Of a DNA stretch of 51,289 nucleotides, positions 44,101-51,289 are shown piece after piece (the first letter of the stretch is position 1; the number at the start of each line of letters is the position of its first letter). Source of the stretch: Kiritimatiellia bacterium (lineage in GTDB: Bacteria > Verrucomicrobiota > Kiritimatiellia > RFP12 > UBA1067); contig JAGCMU010000026.1 in assembly GCA_017646325.1 (NCBI GenBank), positions 1-51,289 of the forward strand, written 5' to 3'. Both the position numbers and the translations under genes were made by a program. Under the pieces are notes generated by a model that searched no databases, was not told where the DNA came from, and saw nothing but the letters and a program-made list of their open reading frames with translations.

Positions 44101-46032
44101 CTAATCAAGCCACGTCCAAAAGTAAATGTATGCCCAAACGACAAACGAAATGACTATTGTCGAACAAAGGACATCAATCCAGCACCAGGACTCTCTATTT
44201 TCCTTGCGATATTTCTCGTCTAAGCATTGGAAATTAAGTCCGTTTAATTTTTCCATAGAAGGAGCAGGAGCAGTAAACGAGGCGATTACAACGATCAAAA
44301 TGCTTATTCCGAGCAAAATCCCCGAAAAATAGTAATCTTGGATCAATGCAAATCCTTGCGCTCCACCCCAAATGGCGTTTGCCGTAAGTTTTGCCATTCC
44401 GAGCGTAAAGCCAAGCCCCAGCCCCCAACACGCGCCGCGGAGATTGACTCTTTTCCAGAAAATCCCCAATGCGAAAACTGCCACGATGGGAGGAGCGAGG
44501 AATGATTGTACGGCTTGAATATATTGATAAAGCCCGCCGCCTGAAATAGCTTTCATTATCGGAACCCAGACAATTCCAAGAATAGTCATCGCAATGGTCG
44601 TTGCTCTGCCCACCTTAACTAATTTTTGCGGAGTTGCTTCGGGTTTTAGCTTTTGATATACGTCAACCGTGAAGAGAGTGGAAACGGAATTAAACAACGA
44701 TGCCAAAGAGCTCATTAAAGCAGCAATCATCCCTGCAACCACAAGTCCACGGAAACCTTTAGGCAGAAGCGATTGTACGAGGGTAGGAAATACTTTATCT
44801 CCGTCGATATCCATGGAGAAATATTTGACGGTTCCATCCTCCCCCTTTTCAATATACGCCTTGAGAGCCTTTGCAGTCCCCTCTTTACAAGCGTCCTTTT
44901 CAACAATTTCATACCGTTTAAGTTTGTGGGCATTGTCAATTCCATAGACGACTTTTACGCTCTTGCCGTCAACAATTTCTTCAAACACCTTGCCGTCTTT
45001 TACATTGAGTTCTATCGTTTTTTTCTGAATTGCAAAAACTCCATCCCCCACTTTGACTTGATTATGATGCAAGGCAAAGCCTAACATACCAGGCACGAGA
45101 AAGAGGAATACGGGAGCGAGTTTTAAAAGGGCACCCCAAATAGCGCCGCGGCGTGCATGCGTCAAATTCTTTGCGGAAAGCGTGCGCTGGATGATAAACT
45201 GGTCTGTGCACCAATACCACACGCCGATAGTGACGGAAGCGACGGCGACTCCAAGCCAGGGGAATACCTTGTGGGTAAGAGAATGCCATAGAGCAAATTG
45301 TTCCGTATTGCCTGTAGACTTGATTGTTTCTTTTAACACCTGCCATCCGTCCGCGATACTTGCAGACGTAGATCCATCGGCAAGCGCGACACCACTATTT
45401 CCGAGATAATACAACGCAAAAGCCGTTACAGACAACGTCCCCACAAGGATAATGCCCGTTTGAACCAAATCCGTATAAACGACTGCCGTTAATCCACCAA
45501 ACGACGAATATATGCCAGCTAAAGTGACTGTCGCTATAGCACCTATCCAGAAACTGGAAATCACAGTATTGCCGATAGTCAACTGCACTTCCGGCATCAT
45601 TACTTCAAAGAACAACGCGCCTGCAAAAACAGTCACTGAAATTTTTGTAAGAACGTAAGCCGCCAAAGATACGAGCGAGAGAATCCATCGTGCCCTTTCA
45701 CCATATCTCCGTTCCAAGAATTCAGGCATAGTGGATACGCCGCTTTTGTAGTAAAACGGCAGGAACACCCAACTCATCATGATGATTATCCATGCGTGAA
45801 ATTCTAAGTGCGACAGCGATAGACCATTCAATGCCCCTGAACCTGCAAGGCCGATTAAATGCTCCGAACCGATATTCGCCGCAAAAATTGAAGCGCCAAT
45901 TGCAAGCCAGCCGACATTTCTGCCGCCAAGAAAGAAATCTTCTCCCGTTTCCTGTTTACGTTTTGTGGCAAACACAACGATTGCCAAAATGCAAAAATAT
46001 CCTAAAACAACGAGCCAGTCTATTATCGCCAT
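44101..46032 (-). CDS. Sodium:solute symporter (SSS/SGLT family) with enlarged hydrophilic loop
   Basis: 643-aa polytopic ORF with 'FFLGGRNVGW', 'TMPEFLERRYG' and 'GLVVAGMIAALMSSL'. It overlaps the xylulokinase gene by 1 nt. Confidence 0.85.
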   Translation of the reverse strand: MAIIDWLVVLGYFCILAIVVFATKRKQETGEDFFLGGRNVGWLAIGASIFAANIGSEHLIGLAGSGALNGLSLSHLEFHAWIIIMMSWVFLPFYYKSGVSTMPEFLERRYGERARWILSLVSLAAYVLTKISVTVFAGALFFEVMMPEVQLTIGNTVISSFWIGAIATVTLAGIYSSFGGLTAVVYTDLVQTGIILVGTLSVTAFALYYLGNSGVALADGSTSASIADGWQVLKETIKSTGNTEQFALWHSLTHKVFPWLGVAVASVTIGVWYWCTDQFIIQRTLSAKNLTHARRGAIWGALLKLAPVFLFLVPGMLGFALHHNQVKVGDGVFAIQKKTIELNVKDGKVFEEIVDGKSVKVVYGIDNAHKLKRYEIVEKDACKEGTAKALKAYIEKGEDGTVKYFSMDIDGDKVFPTLVQSLLPKGFRGLVVAGMIAALMSSLASLFNSVSTLFTVDVYQKLKPEATPQKLVKVGRATTIAMTILGIVWVPIMKAISGGGLYQYIQAVQSFLAPPIVAVFALGIFWKRVNLRGACWGLGLGFTLGMAKLTANAIWGGAQGFALIQDYYFSGILLGISILIVVIASFTAPAPSMEKLNGLNFQCLDEKYRKENRESWCWIDVLCSTIVISFVVWAYIYFWTWLD

Positions 46033-47396
46033 TATTGTACCCCTCTTTCTGCTAGCCTTGCGCCACCAACGGCGGCGGAATGAACAACATCAATTGCAGA
46101 CACTTTAGCCCCAAAGATATCAGCCACCACAGACTGAATACCTTTTGAAAGCGAAGCGCCTCCCGTTAATTTGATTTCTTCAAAATCACCAATCCAGCGT
46201 GTACGCTCTCGCAAATTAGAAATCTGACCTTCAACAATCGCGCGAATCTTCTCCTCCGATGAGGCTTTTTCCCAGTCGAAAGAAGCATCTATCCCGCATG
46301 CGCAATGTTTGGGAGTTATCTCTTCTTCAAAGAACGGAAACGCTCTTTTGCCATTATTGCCTGGAGGAGTGCGCTCAAAAGCCGTTTCATCAAAAAACTT
46401 CCAATCGACCCCTAACTCTTCCCTGATGCGATTGCGGGCAAGAGAACCGTTTTTCACGCATGAAAGAGACATAAAGCCGCCGGCAGGATTTCCAAACACG
46501 TGTCCATATCCGTCAGGATCTATTTTGTACGTGTCCATGGCGGCGAAAAACACATCGCTCGTACCAAGAGAAATCACCGCAACTCCTGGTTTTTCCGCAA
46601 AGCATCCCACTAAGGAAGCGGGATTGTCGCCAGTAAACGGGACTACCGGAATTCCAGAGCGCAAACCATACTTTTCAAAACGCTTCGCAAGTTTGCCGGC
46701 AGACGATGAAAAATCCTTCGCGATTCCCGGTAACTTTTCAATCAACCCGTCCGCAACTGCACTGCAAATCTCTTCATCCCACGAACACGTTTTCAAATTC
46801 AACAAATTCATTCCTGCGCCATCGCCAAGATCAACGGGCATTTCTTCACCGGCAAACCACGATGACAAAAATGAACTGAGCAAATGGATGCGTTTTGTCT
46901 TTTCGTAAGCGAGAGGAGATTCTTTAGCAAACTTTTTAACTTGAGCGGCGGCAAATCTCTCTATCGCAGGAGAGCCCGTGTCTTCTCGCAAACGCATACC
47001 GAACTTCGCGTCAAGACAGGCGCATTCTTCAGACGTTGACGAATCCATCCAAATGGGAGAAGTGGAGCGAGAAAAAACAAGAGGATCGAACGATTCCAAA
47101 TATACTGTCGCATGTTGCTGGGCATCGCCGCCGATTGCTGCGATTTTCCCCATGTCGCAGCCTTCATGTTGCAATTTTGCAAGGACCATTTCTATGGCAT
47201 CAATCCACATTTGAGGATTTGCGTGACGCACTAAAACGTCACCAGACGGCAAAAAGCCATCTGGTGATTTATATTGCGGCAGATCCCTGCCATAATTTAT
47301 TGCAGCCGACGCCACTACCTTTTGAGCAGAAGCGTCCCACACTATCGCTTTAACCCCTTGGGTCGAGCAATCTATTCCAAGCGTTAACATTTGCAC
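46032..47396 (-). CDS. xylB: FGGY-family carbohydrate kinase, xylulokinase-like
   Basis: 454-aa ORF with the N-terminal 'LGIDCSTQGVKAIV', which resembles eukaryote-type xylulokinases, and the C-terminal 'GGASLSKGIQSVVADIFG'. It is coupled to a xylose-isomerase-like gene. Confidence 0.75.
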   Translation of the reverse strand: MQMLTLGIDCSTQGVKAIVWDASAQKVVASAAINYGRDLPQYKSPDGFLPSGDVLVRHANPQMWIDAIEMVLAKLQHEGCDMGKIAAIGGDAQQHATVYLESFDPLVFSRSTSPIWMDSSTSEECACLDAKFGMRLREDTGSPAIERFAAAQVKKFAKESPLAYEKTKRIHLLSSFLSSWFAGEEMPVDLGDGAGMNLLNLKTCSWDEEICSAVADGLIEKLPGIAKDFSSSAGKLAKRFEKYGLRSGIPVVPFTGDNPASLVGCFAEKPGVAVISLGTSDVFFAAMDTYKIDPDGYGHVFGNPAGGFMSLSCVKNGSLARNRIREELGVDWKFFDETAFERTPPGNNGKRAFPFFEEEITPKHCACGIDASFDWEKASSEEKIRAIVEGQISNLRERTRWIGDFEEIKLTGGASLSKGIQSVVADIFGAKVSAIDVVHSAAVGGARLAERGVQ

Positions 47397-48481
47397 ATCT
47401 GACGAATTGCTGCAAGTTCCGCCTCTGTATGCGACATTCCTGGTTTTACAGGCTTAATGCGCTCTGCAAGTTTTATGCAAATATCAACGGCTTCACTGCA
47501 GTTTTTGATAAATCTCCAACGGGCGTCTTCGCTCTTTTCAGGCGACCCTTCCGCGCGCAACATGTGGCAGTCAAATTCAATAATGCCCTTCCAATTGCAA
47601 TCGTTGAGAGCCTTGAACATCCATACAGTCTCTTTAAGACCTTCAGGCCCGACGAGCGGCGGAAAATCGTCATCAAACTGACCCTTGATTTGCGAGCCGA
47701 AATGGAGGAATTTCAATTTCTTGCAAGCGCAAAGGTATGAAACAGTCATTACTGAATTGAGAAGCGCCATTCCTTCATGTTGGAGAAGTTCCGGATTAAC
47801 ACCCCAAAAATCAGGCTTTTTCAACCTTGTCATAATGAACCCGACTGAATGTCCGCTCGTAGGAAGGAACATCGCGCCGCGCGGTTCATTCGGTTTTGGT
47901 TCGACAGTGCCGCCGATGTAATTTTTCATTCTCTTCTTGGAGATGTAATCGGTGACGTGATTCAAACCTTCTGCAATCCAATCGTAGCACTTTGCAAAAT
48001 CTGTTTTTGCATAAACTTCAAATCCGTCGCGGGCAACCCAATAAACGTAATGCTTTGCGCCAAGGAGAGCTCCGATACGAAGAGTACGTTCTACCTTTTT
48101 GGCGGCAAGCGCACGGATTTTGGGATCGGGATTTGCCAAGCCTCCGTCACGAAACATTGCGTGACCGTGAAGAGAGCAAATTGAAGCATTGACTTTCAAT
48201 CCTGATTCATCAAAAATTTTCTTGATTTCGCGAAGACGCTTGTACGCTTCGCTCTTTGGATCAAGGTCATCTTCTGGATGTTCGGGATCCCATGGAACTA
48301 AGTCATCATCATGATAACTCGTCATTTCAATAAGACCTGCTTTATAAGCCTTTGCCAACATTTTTGCCGTATCAAGAGAATCCTGTTTTGGCTGAACCGG
48401 TCCACCAAATGGATCGCCAAGAGGATTTTGCACACACCAAAACGGCATTGATCTTGCCGTAACACAATACTTATTATACAT
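47384..48481 (-). CDS. xylA: Xylose isomerase, short class-I-like divergent form
   Basis: 365-aa ORF with an AAGGAG RBS. The blocks 'YHDDDLVPW', 'FRDGGLANPD', 'VEPKPNEPRGAMFLPTSGH', 'WGVNPELLQHEGMA' and 'FDDD' parallel actinobacterial class-I XylA signatures. Confidence 0.65.
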   Translation of the reverse strand: MYNKYCVTARSMPFWCVQNPLGDPFGGPVQPKQDSLDTAKMLAKAYKAGLIEMTSYHDDDLVPWDPEHPEDDLDPKSEAYKRLREIKKIFDESGLKVNASICSLHGHAMFRDGGLANPDPKIRALAAKKVERTLRIGALLGAKHYVYWVARDGFEVYAKTDFAKCYDWIAEGLNHVTDYISKKRMKNYIGGTVEPKPNEPRGAMFLPTSGHSVGFIMTRLKKPDFWGVNPELLQHEGMALLNSVMTVSYLCACKKLKFLHFGSQIKGQFDDDFPPLVGPEGLKETVWMFKALNDCNWKGIIEFDCHMLRAEGSPEKSEDARWRFIKNCSEAVDICIKLAERIKPVKPGMSHTEAELAAIRQMCKC

Positions 48482-48566
48482 GACTTAAGTTACTCCTTAT
48501 AGTTTATGATAAACTTACACTTAAAGAAAGTGTACCATTTTCTAAAGGAATAGTATACTTAAAAAT

Positions 48567-49478
48567 TCAAATAATTCCGCGGCACGTACCTCTATGGCCC
48601 AAAGGATTTTTTGCGGCACAAACTAAAGCCTTGAAATCATAATTGAAATCGCGAATATTTCCGCACGGCTTATCGATAAAACCGCATGTCTGCAAATTAC
48701 CTACATGAGAAAGGAAGGAAAATCCTCGCCCTCCCAAACACCCGGACGGTTTATGCTCGGAATTTGGACGCGTCTTTTTGCAATAAGCGGGCGCTGACGG
48801 ACAACACGTCTCCTTGATTTGCAATATCCCTTCGTCGGCCTTATCAAATGCCCAATCTAAAACGCGCTTCGTCTCATCATCGGAAAGAGCATATTGACTT
48901 ATCCCCTTTCCTCTTCCAACGGGAACTAAGAAAAACAAATCGAGTTTTGACGCACCAAAATCAATCGCCTTTTTATAAACATCTTCTAACTTATCCATAT
49001 TCAACTTTGATACGGTCGTGTTTACTTGAAATGGCATACCTACATTCTTCGCACATTTCATAGCATTAGTTATGCTTTCAAAAGCACCCTTTACGCCACG
49101 GAAAGAATCGTGGGAAATATCGTCCGCACCATCCATTGAAAAAGAACACGCCATTACGCCTGCGTCCTTGAGCTCTGAAAGCCTCTCCTCCGTAACAAGC
49201 ATTCCACAAGGCGCCATTACGCTTCTTACTCCGCGCGATGTGGCGGCACGGACCAATTGAACAATATCATTGCGAGACATCGGCTCACCGCCCGTCCAGA
49301 TTATCATCATCCGCGGAAGTGATTCTATAACCTTCAAACATTCGTCAGTTGCAAGCTCGTCCTTAAACGCAATATCACAAGCTCCCGCTCTGCAATGCTG
49401 ACATTTTAGCGGACACCTGCGCGTCACTTCCCACGCAAGGATTTTAGGCATTTCAAACATTGCATCTTTTTCGCACAT
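48567..49478 (-). CDS. Radical SAM / SPASM-domain enzyme (AhbD/NirJ-like architecture)
   Basis: CxxxCxxC 'RRCPLKCQHC' and 'IIWTGGEP', plus the C-terminal Cys-rich SPASM-like 'GCLGGRGFSFLSHVGNLQTCGF..PCGNI'. The track start (49502) lies inside folP. The ATG at 49478 follows AAGGGA and sits 1 nt after the folP stop. Confidence 0.8.
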   Translation of the reverse strand: MCEKDAMFEMPKILAWEVTRRCPLKCQHCRAGACDIAFKDELATDECLKVIESLPRMMIIWTGGEPMSRNDIVQLVRAATSRGVRSVMAPCGMLVTEERLSELKDAGVMACSFSMDGADDISHDSFRGVKGAFESITNAMKCAKNVGMPFQVNTTVSKLNMDKLEDVYKKAIDFGASKLDLFFLVPVGRGKGISQYALSDDETKRVLDWAFDKADEGILQIKETCCPSAPAYCKKTRPNSEHKPSGCLGGRGFSFLSHVGNLQTCGFIDKPCGNIRDFNYDFKALVCAAKNPLGHRGTCRGII

Positions 49479-49479
49479 T

Positions 49480-50310
49480 TTATTTTCCCTTCGAAATTTC
49501 AAAGAACATTCTGCTCACTAAAATCGCCTGTAAGGTATCCTTCACATCGTGAACTCTCAATATGCTTGCTCCGTTCATCGCACACCACGCCGCCGCCGCA
49601 ACAGAAGCTCCGATACGTTCGTCCGGTTTTGTTCCTGCTCCGTTATTTGAAGGATTTAAAACATAATCGAGAGTCCGCTTCCGTGAAAGCCCCACGAGCA
49701 ATGGAGCAAGTGAAGAAAATCGCGAAAGAGATGAAATCAACACCAAATCTTCCTCTCTCGTTTTTGAAAATCCAAATCCGACATCAATTACAAGTTGCTC
49801 TTTCAAACACCCTGCTCTAATAGCATAATCAATCTGCCTTTGCAAAAATTCAAATACGTCTTCGGGGGAATTTTTTCCGTCGTCCACATTGTGAGTAAGT
49901 ACAAGCCCCGCACCGGTTTGAGATGCGATTTTTGCCAACGGGTCGTTGAAATCCTTTAAAGGCACTACGCTGTTTATTATTAAAGCGCCTGCTTCTATTG
50001 CCTTTTCGGCCGTAGGAGCATGGTATGTGTCAATTGAAACAACAGCGTTTTTCAATCCCTTAATAACGGGCAAGACTCTTCTCTGTTCTTCATCTGTATC
50101 AACTTGGCTCGCTCCAGGGCGTGTCGATTCCCCTCCTATATCGATTATATCCGCACCCTGCAAAGCAATTTTATTTGCATACTCTATCGCCGATGATGAA
50201 TCTGAAAACACCCCACCGTCAGAAAAAGAATCGGGAGTAACATTTACGATCCCCATAATCTTGGGGATCGTAAGATCTATCTCAATTCCTCTGCATTTCC
50301 AAACATTCAT
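49480..50310 (-). CDS. folP: Dihydropteroate synthase
   Basis: 276-aa ORF with 'IMGIVNVTPDSFSDGG', 'DIGGESTRPG' and 'GFGFSKT'. It overlaps ftsH by 4 nt. Confidence 0.9.
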   Translation of the reverse strand: MNVWKCRGIEIDLTIPKIMGIVNVTPDSFSDGGVFSDSSSAIEYANKIALQGADIIDIGGESTRPGASQVDTDEEQRRVLPVIKGLKNAVVSIDTYHAPTAEKAIEAGALIINSVVPLKDFNDPLAKIASQTGAGLVLTHNVDDGKNSPEDVFEFLQRQIDYAIRAGCLKEQLVIDVGFGFSKTREEDLVLISSLSRFSSLAPLLVGLSRKRTLDYVLNPSNNGAGTKPDERIGASVAAAAWCAMNGASILRVHDVKDTLQAILVSRMFFEISKGK

Positions 50311-51289
50311 ACGTTTGCTTCCGATAGTGGAGGATTGCCTTCTTGCTCGTCTCTTTGCTCAACATCCTCTTCGTCTTCGGTTTTCTTTTCAATACCGAGA
50401 AGCTTCTCGACATCTCTACCGTCCATCGATTCTTTTTCGAAAAGGGTTTTTGCAAGCAATTCAAGTTTATCCTTGTTTTCCGTAAGGATTTCTTTTGCCT
50501 TGTTGTAAGAGGATGTCAAAAGTTCTTGAACTTCAGCATCGATCGCCTCGACCGTTTTCGATGAAAACGCCGGTGGAGCTTCTTCTGTCGTAAACACGTT
50601 CTTTTCCTGGAATGATTGGAAGCCGAATTTTTCCGACATAGCAAATCTGCAAACCATATTACGGGCGATTTCCGTCGCCATTGCAATATCCTGCGCCGCT
50701 CCCGTTGAAATATCGTTCGTAAACATTTCCTCTGCGATACGTCCTGCCGCGCAAAGCACAAGGTTGTCGAGGTAATAAGATTTTGTTCGATTCAATATGT
50801 CGCGGTTGGGAAGAGACATCGTTGCTCCGAGTGCACGACCGCGAGGAATGATCGTCACCTTGTGAAGAGGATCTGTGTTTTCAAGGAGAAGCTGCGCAAG
50901 AGCGTGTCCTGCTTCGTGCCACGCAGTCGTTTCGCGTTCCTTCTTTGAAAATCCCGCACTGCGGCGTTCGCGACCCCAGAGAACCTTGTCGCGTGCCTCT
51001 TCGAGAATCTCGTGAGTGACGCCATAAACCCCTTTACGCGCGGCAAGAAGAGCAGCCTCATTCAAGAGGTTTGCCAAATCTGCACCAGAAAAACCAGGAG
51101 TTCCGCGAGCGATGCGGAAAAGGTCGGCATCGGGTGCAAAAGTAATTTTTGCCCCATGCAATTTCAAAATATCTTCACGCCCCTTGAGACTCGGCAAGTC
51201 AACGTAGATTTGACGGTCAAATCGTCCTGGTCTCAAAAGAGCTGGGTCAAGCACATCCGGGCGGTTTGTCGCCGCAATGATGATAACAC
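50307..51289 (-). CDS. ftsH: ATP-dependent zinc metalloprotease FtsH (C-terminal part; gene continues beyond window edge)
   Basis: The frame stays open to nt 51289; upstream codons read VIIIAATNRPDVLDPALLRPGRFDR. The zinc motif 'HEAGHAL' is present, and the tail is acidic. The 'M' listed at 51254 is an internal GTG. Confidence 0.9.
   Translation of the reverse strand, partial: VIIIAATNRPDVLDPALLRPGRFDRQIYVDLPSLKGREDILKLHGAKITFAPDADLFRIARGTPGFSGADLANLLNEAALLAARKGVYGVTHEILEEARDKVLWGRERRSAGFSKKERETTAWHEAGHALAQLLLENTDPLHKVTIIPRGRALGATMSLPNRDILNRTKSYYLDNLVLCAAGRIAEEMFTNDISTGAAQDIAMATEIARNMVCRFAMSEKFGFQSFQEKNVFTTEEAPPAFSSKTVEAIDAEVQELLTSSYNKAKEILTENKDKLELLAKTLFEKESMDGRDVEKLLGIEKKTEDEEDVEQRDEQEGNPPLSEANV

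Noticed and set aside
1-51289. Searched for CRISPR arrays, defence systems, prophage or transposon genes, tRNA/rRNA/tmRNA/RNase P/SRP RNA signatures
   Set aside because: The only regularly spaced repeats are the 7-nt microsatellite. No integrase, transposase, restriction, Cas or toxin-like ORFs were seen. The intergenic regions are too short or lack the conserved RNA motifs I can recognise by eye.

Overview
Gene-dense 51.3-kb chromosomal window from a diderm (Gram-negative-type) bacterium. LptD, an RND pump, a LolA-like protein and MreBCD/PBP2/RodA are all present. I call about 45 protein-coding genes, mostly on the minus strand and often translationally coupled. I recognised no rRNA, tRNA, CRISPR array, transposase, integrase or known defence gene. 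Most content is housekeeping: gpmI, recN, rdgB, hisA, ribBA, hemL, a long mreB-mreC-mreD-mrdA-rodA-rng-lptD string, and ftsH-folP. There is also a carbohydrate-use set: GH27 alpha-galactosidase with CBM, CE15-like esterase, GH97, and a xylA-like/xylB/SSS-symporter operon. That set, together with a Tat-signal TIM-barrel isomerase, suggests a polysaccharide-degrading organism, possibly PVC-type; the phylum cannot be fixed from this window. The best candidate for an uncharacterised system is a five-gene plus-strand operon at 14889-20625. It encodes two dedicated ACPs, a membrane-anchor/adenylase/hotdog triple fusion, a LolA-like protein, and an MMPL-type exporter fused to an LpxL-type acyltransferase. 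This matches the lipid-anchoring and export half of aryl-polyene/flexirubin-type loci, but no ketosynthase or ketoreductase half is present anywhere in the window. Secondary observations: a 12-unit heptanucleotide tandem repeat abutting a promoter (1194-1277); a coupled TPR/vWA/thioredoxin-fold-like envelope trio (23741-28853); a 418-bp intergenic region with three GC-rich hairpins (33136-33553); a Tat/lipobox protein with a CCCFGC cluster and outlier codon usage (10616-11509); a divergent short xylose isomerase; and two possible leaderless genes. All family assignments come from by-eye motif recognition. No database search was possible, so novelty is unverified.
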